DNA from: Octopus sinensis
Taxonomy: Eukaryota
Length of the DNA stretch: 64,000 nt
Assembly: GCF_006345805.1 (NCBI RefSeq)
Contig: NC_043003.1
Location: forward strand, 107,322,001 to 107,386,000
Direction of reading: 5' to 3'
In this document: positions 1-11,915 of the stretch, piece by piece
How positions within the stretch are numbered: position 1 is the first letter of the stretch
How the letters are laid out: each line of letters opens with the position of its first letter
Notes under the pieces: model-generated
Told to the model about the DNA's origin: nothing
Database searches by the model: none
What the model saw: the letters and a program-made list of their open reading frames with translations, nothing else
Position numbers and translations under genes: made by a program

Positions 1-295
1 AATGCATCTCTTTCCATCATCCTTTGAAATTCTCAATTCAAATTTTGTCGAGGTGACTTCCCCCCTTTTCTTTGCTTAAACATCCTGCACTTTGTGAACC
101 AAACTGTGATTGGTTATATGTTTTCAGTGGGACAGTCACTGGTTTGCAATATTTCCTATTTTGTGAGGAACAACGAAGCGTATGGGCAACTCTGGCAGGA
201 TAAGAAGATATTCTTAAAATGCACCCATTCACTGCTAGGTTTATTGCCATTTACATCTTTCACACACAAGTCTCCAACAATTAACATGAGCAAAT

Positions 296-740
296 GGTGG
301 CACATAAAAAGCCTCTTCCGAACGTGACCAATGCCAGCGCCACCTTGACTGGCTTCTGTGCCGGTGGCACATGTCCTGCTGCGCTTGAAGAGAGACCTAT
401 TGAGTCAAGTACATCAACATCAAAATAAATGTCAAATGGAAATTGCAGTACCACATAAAAAGCACCATCCGAACGTGGCCAATGCCAGCACAACCTGACT
501 GGCTTCTGTGCCAGTGACACGTAAAAATCACCATCCGAACATGGCCGCTACCAGCCTCCCCTGGCACGTAAAAAGCACCCAGTACACTCTTGGAGTGGTT
601 GGTGTTAGGAAAGGCATCCAGCTGTAGAAACTCTGCCAGATCAAGATTGGAGCCTGGTGCAGCCTACTGGCTTCCCAGATCCCCGGTCGAACCGTCCAAC
701 CCGTGCTAACACGGAAAACGGACGTTAAACGATGATGATG
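296..740 (+). mobile_element. RTE LINE 3' end with tandem 3'UTR repeats
   Basis: Same 3'UTR as the 43.4-kb LINE, several ~60-bp units, ends aaacgatgatgatg. Confidence 0.85.
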
Positions 741-1452
741 AAATTTCTTTTACCAAGCACTGAGGAAACCTGATGCTATAAGATACTCAGCCCCATGATA
801 GGTACCAGACATGTTCTGGAGACAACTACTTCCTTCCCGTCCCATCCATGGCCTTCTATCAGGGAGACAATCCATACAATATGTTGGGGTTTTTTTATCA
901 AGCGAAGGGAAGTAACTCCAAAGAGAAAAATCAGAGAGGATAAATGGTAAAATGTTGGTGGCCATCAAAATGTGTTATTTGTCGTCAGTGATGGGCAGCA
1001 AGGATAAGCTTGCTCTAGGAACTGCGGCCATACTGGGGCACCACCTTCTATGATTTCAAACAAATCCACTACTTATCCTGTTGGTCTTTTTTAACCAAAC
1101 TAAGTAACAAGGATGTAAACAAACCAACACTGCTAGTCGAGGAGAAAACACAGCTTTGGGCATCGATTCAGGTACATTGACGGTTAAGGGATTAGGTGTA
1201 TGATACTGGGGGAGGAGGGATTAATTAAAGAAAGTTGCAGTTGCTTAATAAAGATGACAAACGAATGATGTTGACAATACTTAACCCCAATGAAGCAGAC
1301 TTTCTTGATCGAAGACGATCCACGCATGACCATCCAGCTGTGTCTTTCTTTAAGATATTAGAGTACAATTTGAAGATGTGGCTGCTGTTTCTAGTGGTCA
1401 AGCAAATACAAAGCAGCAATGACCACCAAACTTAGAAAGATGGTTGACTCAC

Positions 1453-1548
1453 CTGGATGGAACCGTTGTTGGCAATGAGTTCATTCTTCATGTCGCCATT
1501 CCACAGACCAAGTTCTGTGAGGTCTTTCAACAAATGATGATTGACAAC
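1453..1548 (-). CDS. RRM1: RRM1 exon 16 (96 nt)
   Basis: tttag|[32 protein letters not shown]|gtgag. Confidence 0.96.
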
Positions 1549-4500
1549 CTAAAAGAGAACAAAATTTAACCAATCACATCAAAACAATATAGTTTACCAA
1601 ATTATTTGGATTTAATATAATAACCATTAAAAGAGAACGAAAGGTTGATTTCATTTACTGTATATTCCTCACAATTTAAAGTTGAGAATCATCATCATCG
1701 TTTAACGTCCGTTTTCCATGCTGGCACGGGTTGGACGGTTCGACCGGGGTCTGGGAAGCCAGGATGCTGCACCAGGCTCCAGTCTGATCTGGCAGAGTTT
1801 CTACAGCTGGATGCTCTTTCTAATGCCAACAACTCAGAGAGTGTAGTGGGTGCTTTTTACGTACCACCGGCACAGGTGTCAGGCGAGGCTGGCAATGGCC
1901 ACGATCGGTTGATGCTTTTAAAGTTATTTTACCCTTTTTGAAGACAGCACTAACGAAATGATGCCATTTGAGGAATATCAGGTTGCTATTTCTAGCACTT
2001 TGACCATGACATGTAAAGCCTCCCTTTACTGCCAGTGAAATTCTAAAAGAGTTAAGTATATTTTTTCTTTAATCCTAAACTTTAAGTCACCAGAAAATTC
2101 ATGGTAACCTTCACTGATTCAGAATTTCTGTAAGTCAATAAACTGGAATCAGTCGACCATCTAAACCTGTGCCTGAAGAAAACTTCAAGACATCTCTACA
2201 AACGAACAAAAAATAAGTACAGAACTGTTGCATATAGATACAAGCTGCCTATATTTATATACATGGACTCCTTGATATTACTGTCTTGAGTCCTACAACT
2301 CCTGGCTGGTTGCCCAAATTTTACTCTCCATGGAGAATTTGAATACAGACATTTTGAACTGTAAGCTTGCTTCAATCATCAAAGATGTCATTTCTGTAGT
2401 CTCTAATGATTGGAACAATGTTGATATATCAACATTAAGGAATACTTGGCAAAGACTTTGGCTTGCAAATATTTGAAACGTATCTGGAAAATAAAAACTT
2501 TGAACGGTTTCATGGCAATGAGATGATTTCATACTATTATTTCATTATCTCTTAAGTTTACTTCATTACAAAGCTAAAAGTGTCAATAAATTAAAGGAAA
2601 CTGATATTAAAAATAGTTGGACATTCAGAAATGTTCAGCTATATATTCCTTGAATGATGTAGAAATTTGTTGAAATGATGTTAAATGTTGCTAAGTATGA
2701 GGAGAGTAATAATGATGGTGAAACAAGTCTCTATAAATATGGTGAAAATGTGTGATAAATTTATTACTGGTCTTGAGCAATGTTTATTTATTTCAGTGAA
2801 AGAGACTAAGTAACCAAAATCACAACATTTGCCTTGGACGAGATCCTGGTCCATTACAGTGTTGCCCATTCACAGCAGAGTGTTCTGCAGCACATGCGAA
2901 ATGAAATGTTTAGCTTGAAGAACACAACGCACTGCTTGCTCTGGGAAATGAAACCACAATTTTGCAACCATAAATACAACACCAACACCTATCATCATCA
3001 TCGTATAACGTCCACTTTCCATGCTAGCATGGGTTGGACGATTTTGACTGAGGGCTGGCGAACAAGATGGCTGCACCAGGCTCCAATCTTGATCTGGCAG
3101 AGTTTCTACAGCTGGATGGCCCTTCCTAACGCCAACCATTCTGGGAGTGTAGTGGGTGCTTTTTACGTGCCAGTCAGGCGGTACTGGCAACGACCTCGCT
3201 CATCATCGTCATATGTCCACCTTCCATGCTGGACAGCTTGACAGGAACCGGCCAGGCAGAAGCCTGTACTAGACATCTGTGGCTGTTTTGGCAGGGTTTT
3301 TACAGCTTGATGCCCTTCCTAACACCAACCACCCAGCAGAGTGGACTGAGTGCTTTTTTATGTGGCACTCACACAGGCAAGGTCAGTTTTGGCAGGATTT
3401 TTACAGCTGTATGACCTTCCAAATGCCAACCACTTTACAATGTGAACTGGATGCCTTTTATTTGCACCTAAATTCTCCATTTGTCTACACAATCTTTTCT
3501 ACTCTCGGCACAAGGCCCAAAATTTGGGGGGATGGAGAGAGTCAATTAAATCAACCCAGTATTCAACTGGTACTTAATTCATCAAGGACAAAAGGTAAAG
3601 TCGACCTCAGTGGAATTTGAACTCAGAACGTAAAAGACAGACGAAATACCGGTAAGCGTTTCTGCCACCTCATAGAACTACCGGTCATCCTCACAGATAA
3701 ATGAGGGACCTCCATGCAGTCCCTGTCTACCAATTCCACTTGGCAGCCTGAAGATATAGAAGAAACCTGTCCAAGGTGCAATACAGAGGGATGAATTATA
3801 TGAAAATAAGAATAATTACCATGAATTCTCCGGACAAAACACGTCTTGTATAAATATTGCTGGTATAGGCCTCAATGGACTCGTTATTTCCAAGAATCTG
3901 TGCTGTGGAAGCAGTTGGCATCGGAGCCAGTAACAGGCTGTTCCTTACTCCATGTCTGTAACAAATAAGTATTACCTGTGTAACATAAGTTCAGGTGAGA
4001 GGAACTAACATGCAGAAACAAGATTTTTTTCTCTTTTCTTTTGCTCATCTTTCATTTTGAGACCCTATCATGCTTTCCTTCATAAAATTTGAGCAGAAAT
4101 ATTTTCTTTTGCCATTTCCAAAATATTTCTAACCTTCTAGCATCTAAACCAACCATATCTGACCAAAACATTCTGCTTGGCATTCAAACTGACCAGGGCT
4201 GGCCTCTCACACTGACCTCACAATGTCATTCCAGAAATATAACAATTACATTGACATCTCAAAGCTGAGATGATTTTTTTTTTTTTTTTTTTTTAAATGT
4301 GAATAAATAAGCACTAAACTTGACAGAAGAATCTGAATGCAAAACGGTTAAAGTCTGTGTCTGTGATTACTTTCTCTCAATGGCAGCTTTTCGAGAATTT
4401 CTTACACTGACACTGAAAAATTCCGCGGAACCTTAGGGTTCCGCCAGTACAGTCCAGGGGTTCCACAAGAAGTTACAAAACTGCTAAAATCGGCAGTAAT

Positions 4501-7500
4501 TTTTAATTCTTCTGTGCGGATATGCGTGCATAAGACTATTAAATTATTGCACAGGGGTTCCTCGAGCCAGTGGAATGTTTCCTTGGGGTTCCGCTCCAGC
4601 AAAAAGGTTGAAAAGCACTGAAATAGGTCTTCATGTTTCTTTATTAGCCACAAGGACCCAAACATAGAGGGGGACAATACAGCCTGATTGGGGTCAGACA
4701 TACAATGATTATATGACTTTTAAAATTTTACAAGATTAAATAGGTCTTCAATTAATTACTGGTATTTCTATCCGATGATTCTAAAAGGAGGGAAAACAGA
4801 GGAATATAGCTGAACTAAATGTAATTCTGCCAAAAGCGCTCTTCTTCATAATTCATAAATAAACTTTAGAATATGCAAACCCTGCAAACACACATGGCTA
4901 CAAGTGTCAACTTATTTAGCATCTACCTTTTACCATTTCTTTCTGTCATTGGATTGTGGTCATGCTGGGGCACAGCCTTGAAGGGTCGAGTTAAAAATCA
5001 ACCAAGAACAGTACTTATTCTAGAAAATTACTATTTGTAAATCTCACAACTAGAGACATTCAGCAACGGTTCTTTGGAGTAAAGATTATTTACCAACATA
5101 ACATGGCAGTCCTGGTTTAGGACGAATGTTGCTGTAATTTAGCCCCAGGAGGCATCGTTTCCAGCTGGCTATACGACATGATCTGTGTCCTTATATTTTC
5201 AAACAAGGGAATTTAGCACCTCCATGTTCGAAAATATAAGGACATGGATCGTGTCATATAGCCAGCTGGAGACAATGTCTCCTGGGGCTAATTTACAGCA
5301 ACATTCGTCCTAAACCAGGACTGCCATGTTATGTTGGCAAATAATCTTTACTTCTTTATTTCATGTTGCTCCAGTGTTGTGCGGGGCAGAACATGTCAAA
5401 GAATGGACCTAATGTTTCTTCTGCATGTCACAGAAGTTGACTAAAAAGAAGCTGAAACAGGATTTGAAAACCCACGCCAGCCATGACCACCCAAAGAGAC
5501 TGATGGGTTGGAGAGTTGGTGCCTGAGTGGTGCAGAAGTCTAACTTTCAATTCTTAATGCTGAAAGCTGTTTGTTCCATTTCATGTTTCTAAAAGCAGTT
5601 TTCTTTTGGACAAAATTCACTTTTTCCAGTATTTTTTAAGTCTCAAACCTTGAATTTAATGATTAACCTTCAGACTGAAGGCCTAAACAGGAATATTATC
5701 GGCTCAGTTAGGCCAACAAAACACCTGTAAATCATCGCTAATTGGAACAGTTCACCTGGCTGAAAACTATAAAATAATAGATTGTACATAAATTCGTTTG
5801 TGAAGAAGGACAGACAACTGCTGTAGGATTAAAAATAAATGGTTGATTGGTTGGTTACAAGGGGTGAGAAATTTAAGACTACAATCAATGTACAAAGACA
5901 TTTAGTAGTACAGTGGTTCAATTCTCAGTTAATGCTTGCATTTCTTTTGTGCAAAGAGGGACAGCTTAAGTCATTTCTCATTGAAATTAATTAATTGCAC
6001 CTATATTTAATGCTCTCTGAGAAACCCATGAACAAATCAACACCACACTAGGATGAAAATGAATTCTTTATCCTTAACTTTAGGGATCTCCTAGATATAA
6101 GACATGAGTGCTTGCCTTCACATCTTCAAAACTAACAGTGATACAGGACAGATTAAGGTTACAAAAAAAAAAAAAAAAAAATTTTCTTAAAATACAAATC
6201 CTGATATAAGTATAAGTCTAAAGTATTCCAGCCATGACATTCCAAACTAATGCTTTATAAAGATATTGAGTTGGTACATAATTATTGTGGCTTTTTTTTT
6301 TTCACCAAATTTTATTCAACAAAAATAACATGTAACAAAAACATCTCTAAATGATTATTCTGGAGCATATTCACCATCTACTTCAATTACTGCTTCCCAT
6401 TTGCTTGGCAGACGGTCAGAGTGTCATTTAAAGATGTTTTCATTAAATATTACGGAGATGTACTTGCATAGCAAGTGATTTGATCTGAGATCGTGAGCTG
6501 GAACGAAAACAATTGCAGCGTGGAAGGTGTTTATAAGCCATTTAAGAAACACACAAAAGCCACTCGATTCACTTCAACATTTAAGTTTAATTTGTCAAAA
6601 TATTTTCATCGCTAAAATCCGCAACCTGTTCACTGACAAAACTCCGTGATGCAGCACGGATTTTTGTCAGTGAACAGGTCACGGTCTCTAAGCAACGAAA
6701 ATATCATTAAATATTGTTTTTGTTGAATAAAATTTGTTGAAAAAAAAAAGCTGCAATAATTATGCACAAACCCAATGGGGGAAGCACTCCATTGGTTATG
6801 ACAACGAGGGTTCCGGTTGATCCGAATCAACGGAACAGCCTGCTCGTGAAATTAACGTGTAAGTGGCTGAGCACTCCACAGACACGTGCACCCTTAACGT
6901 AGTTCTCAGGGATATTCAGCATGACACAGAGAGTGACAAGGCCGGCCCTTTGAAATACAGGTACAACAGAAACAGGAAGTAAGAGTGAGAGAAAGTTGTG
7001 GTGAAAGAGTACAGCAGGGATCACCACCGGCCCCTGCCGGAGCCTCGTGGAGCTTTAGGTGTTTTTGCTCAATAAACACTCACAATGCCTGGTCTGGGAA
7101 TCGAAACCGCGATCCTATGACCGCGAGTCCGCTGCCCTAACCACTGGGCCATTGCGCCTCTACTCCAACCCAATAGTATGTTGTGATTAAAGGGAGATGT
7201 GGCTAAATTTTGTATGTTTAGCAATCCCCTACAGGTTCCGTCAATGACTGGAGATGAATGGAAACACAAAGTTAATGTCTAAGTCTTACTTGGCAATTCG
7301 GTCTTTGAGTGCAGCCCAATCATGCATCGGATGTGGTTCTGCTTCCCACATGTCATATTGAAGAATCTAGAAAAAGAAGAAAATATTTATAGCATCTAAA
7401 ATACTAATAGAATTACTTCTTGATTATCGTGTAACGAGGATTTTTTAACCCATTAAGTCCCAGAGTAATTAAGTTTCTGAATATTACTTTTAAATGTTTA

Positions 7501-10500
7501 TAGATGATTGAAAATAGGTTAAAATGAAAACAAATAATTATTAAAACTCCTTTACTTCAGTAGAAATGGAAATACTCAGTCTCCTATAAATAGGACACTG
7601 AGACAATGTCGTATAGCTTACTTAATACAATAGTTGTATACTGTCAACTTAACGTGACAGTAGGGGATTACACCACCGTTGTTTGGCCCTAGGAAGCATC
7701 GAATGCTTCCTGTCGACTTCGACACATTTACTGTGTCCTTATATATTTACGAAGGGGGTATTTGTCTTCCCTTCGTAAATATATAAGGACACAGGAAATG
7801 TGTCGAGGCCGACAGGAAGCGTCGATGCTTCCTAGGGCTAAACAACGGTGGTGTAATCCCCTACTGTCACGTTAAGTTGACAGTATACAAACACTATCAC
7901 CCCACCACCGTACATATCTCTATGAGATATTTAGAAATTCAATATTTCTGATTTACTTAATACAGTTCTATATTTAAGAGATGAGGAATTATTTACATTT
8001 GATGGATATTTTGTCCTCATCTTGTTTGTTAACACAATGTTTCAGCTGATATACCCTCCAGCCTTCATCAGGTGTCTTGGGGAAATTTCGAACCTGGGTT
8101 CTCATTCCTAAGGTATTGTTCGATATTATTATTATTCAGATCAATGCCTGGAATCAAACTCGGAATCTTGGGGTTAGTAGCCCGTGCTCTTAACCACTAC
8201 ACCATATGCCCGTGGGCAATTATGAAGTGAATATTTAGGGCTTATAAATCTAATATTTTCTTATCCTTCCTTAATACCGGTTCCTATATGCTATTCATAT
8301 CTGCACTTGGTCTGCTTAGGAGGTTATTATGTCCTAGCATATGTGCTACTTCTTTTAGTTTTCGTATTTTCCAGTGGTGTTCTCTGTCTATTATTTTGAT
8401 TTCATCCCACAGGTTCAAAATTTCCCCAAGACACCTGATGAAGGCTGGAGGGTATATCAGCCGAAATGTTGGGTTAACAACAAACAGGATGAGGACAAAT
8501 ATCCAGCTAATGTAAATAATATAACTTATCTAATGTTCTCATTTAGTGTCCCTATTTACCGAACAGTGGGACTTAATGGGTTAAGGAGAATTCATTTAAG
8601 AAAGCAAATAACTGAAACTGAATAGACATCCAAGTTGAAATGCTGCAGCAGGGCCACGCTCCTTATTCCAACCAATACAACAATCTTGCAAATCATCTGC
8701 TTCTACTCAGCTTCAAGAGTGACCCAAGCATCTCATCACCATTATCTCTTGCAGCCCCTAGTGATCCCTTTTCTTTCACCCCCCCTCCCTTTCCCCCTAT
8801 TAGATGGGAGTAGCCATGCAGTCCTTCTTCACGAACCTGCTCTACTCTCCATAGTAAACCCTTGAGCCCTAGCATGAAGCTGACATCCCACACCTCTCCC
8901 AGGCCTTGTAGTCTTGGGAACTGCATGCTGACCGCTGCAGGTGACAAAAAAATGTGACACGGACATCAAATGATGAAAGTGTAGGGTCAACGCAACTGAC
9001 CCCTATCCTGCAAGTTGGCATCTAACATTGACTGGTCTAATGACAAACCCATGTGAAAAAAGAAATTAGGGATTTTATTAACTTGAATTTTTTTTTTTTC
9101 TTCCATAAACTTTACCAGTTCAAGAGAGGGAGAGTCAAAACTTCAAAAAGACCCACTTACACCTTTGCTCACGGGGCTACCATCGTAAGTCTCATAAGGA
9201 CCAAATTTTTCAGCAAGTTCACAACTCGTCTCTAAGGAAGCAAAGTAGATCGTAGCAAAGATTTGTTTATTCAGTTCTTGAGCTTCTTCGCTGTCAAACG
9301 GATATCGCATTAGAAGGAAAGCATCGGCCAAACCTTGGACACCGATGCCAATCGGTCGATGCCGCATGTTGGATCGTTTTGCCTGGAAGAGACAAAGAAA
9401 AACACAAATACAAAATCATTAGCGAAGAGAATCAAGAGGTTTGGGCAGAGCAATGTTTATGTAGAAAGTCTTAATGAGCCTTTATCAGTGATGGTATGAC
9501 GTCATGCCACCACCAATAAGGGTTTAATAAGACTCACTACATAAGCCCTCAATCTCAGGAAAGTGAGTGTCGTGGAATGAAGTAGAAAACCAACAAACAC
9601 TGATTTATTTCCCAAACATCGGGGTTTTTATAACTGCTGATATTTGAATCCTAAGAACCCTATTCATAAAAGATTTCTCTTTGACCTAAGTTTGAATTTA
9701 ACCCTTTAGTGTTTAAACCGGCCATATCCAGCCCAAATATTCTATGTTTTATATTCAAACTGGCGATATCTAGCCTCTCACACCTAACCTACATTCTAAA
9801 AATAAACAATCACATCATTGAAACCCCAAAGCTAGAAGATAATGCATGATTAATTCAAAACAATTTGAGTGAAAAAAGTATTACATTTAACAGTAATCTG
9901 AACACTAAACGGTTAAATATGGGCAGTAATTTTAATCAATGGAAAAACTAATAATTACACATATTCGGCCAACCAGTTATGTATTAGTGGTGCAGTAGTA
10001 AATGGTAGCTGGGTTGGGTGTTGAGAAGAAAGGGCAGTGTTAGTTTAGGAAGGAACAGTAGGTAAGTGGGTTAGGGACCACCATTGGCAGTTCACATCCA
10101 CTTTCCATGCTGGCATTAGTTGGACGGTTCAACAGGAGCTGAAATGGCTGGGGTCTGCACCAATGGAAAATTAAGATAGCTTACCTCCTCCACAGGATAA
10201 CAGTTGGTGTCGATAATTTTGTTGAGATTTTTAACGATTACTTTGGTGACAGATTTCAATTTATCAAAGTCAAAAGTGCGATCTGGTTTAACAAACATAT
10301 TCAACGCAATGGAAGCCAAGTTACAAACAGCCACCTGGAAAACAAGAAAAAATCAATGCTATATATCATCATCGTTTAATGTCCACCTTCCATGCTGGTC
10401 TGACAAGAGCTGGCCAGGCAGAAGCCTGCACCAGACTTCTGTGACTGTTTTGGCAGTATTTTTACAGCTGGATGCCCTTCCTAACACCAACAACTCAGCA

Positions 10501-11883
10501 GAAAGGACTTGGTGCTTTTTACATGGCACAAGCACAGGTGAGGTCAGTTTTGGCAAGGTTTTTACAGCTGGATGCCCTTCCAGATGCCAACCACTTTACA
10601 GTGTGGACTGGGTGCTTTTAAGTGGCACCTGCACTGACAGGGTCACCAAGTACTTGCAAGACAAAAATGTATATATACATACATACATGCACACACAGAC
10701 ACACCTATATCATCATTCTTTAGCATCTGTTTTCCATGCCAGTATGGTATGGGCTGGACCATACCCATGTCTTTATACACACACACCACACACACACACG
10801 AGTTGGCAACATTAATGACCAAAACCACTTACCTCATCTGGTGCCGTGTATTCAACAATTTCTGTACATAAATTACTGCATTTTATTGTCCCAAGGTTTT
10901 GTTGGTTGCTCTTACGGTTACAAGAATCCTTGTACAGCATGTAAGGCGTACCAGTCTCTGTTTGAGCTTCTATAACTGCATACCAGACTTGCTGAGCTTT
11001 CAGAGTTCTTTTACCTTTACCAGCTTTTTCATAACTGATATACAAGTCTTCAAATTCCTTTCCCCAAACATCGGAAAGGCCTGGGCATTCATTGGGACAC
11101 ATCAGGGTCCAATCACCATTTTGTTCAACTCGTTCCATGAAAAGATCAGGAATCCAGAGGGCGTAGAACAAGTCTCTGGCTCGCTGTTCGTCCTTTCCAG
11201 TATTCTTTTTGCAATCAAGGAAGTCAAAGATATCGGCATGCCAGGGTTCTAAGTAAATCGCAAAAGCTCCAGGGCGCTACAAGACAAATTAGGTTTGTAA
11301 TATTAATTATTTCCAACATAGAAAGGTTACAAATGTTAGGGGGAGGAGGGGAGAGTGAAATATATTGGCCTTGGTACTTATCAGAAATATGAAAAACTAT
11401 GTTGACTTTGGCAAGATTTGAACCAATAATCCTTTTTATTATAGACTAGCAGTATCGCCCGGCATTGCTCGGGTTTGTAAGGGAAATAACTATATAAGCA
11501 TTTTTAGAGAGTTATAGCCAAAAAATGCATTAAAAATGGTAAAAAATTATGGTAAATTTTTTTTTAAATCGTTGACTAATTAGACATTTTTAGAGAGTTA
11601 CTTCCCTTATATAATAGCGAAAAATGCATTAAAATGGAAAAAAATAATGGTAAATTTTTTTTAAATCGTAGACTCATGCTAATACCCAGAAGGGCTCGAT
11701 ATGAATCACGACTATAAGATACCCAGTTGGTTAAACTGCACCGCAAAATGCGGGAGTAGTTAGGAACCTAAATCGTAGGAGACAGACACACAACTTCACT
11801 TTTATATATAAAGATGATGACAATGATGACACAAGATCTGAAATTTTGAGGGAGGGAACTAATCAATTACATTGACCCCAACC

Positions 11884-11915
<32 letters not shown>

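Larger units (their letters stand above)
7988..8520. mobile_element. Penelope-related composite element: about 110-bp inverted arms each with a hammerhead motif, plus a tRNA-like head
   Basis: Arms 7988-8096 and 8410-8520 are reverse complements; tRNA-like A box (8193-8203) and B box (8150-8161) on the minus strand. Confidence 0.7.

Noticed and set aside
1-1452. Remaining RRM1 exons (IPEIP...KTVWE and C-terminus) and ORFs 1225-1435
   Set aside because: No RRM1-like translation found in any frame; the ORFs have no recognisable homology; the gene continues outside the window.
7085-7160. tRNA-like heads at 7085-7160, 37751-37825, 57120-57196 and 8146-8211
   Set aside because: A/B boxes present but no acceptor stem; they run into repeat bodies, so they are SINE heads, not tRNA genes.
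10833-11276. Intein or self-splicing intron in RNR, as seen in phage and microbial nrd genes
   Set aside because: Spliced length matches the normal protein and all introns are spliceosomal.
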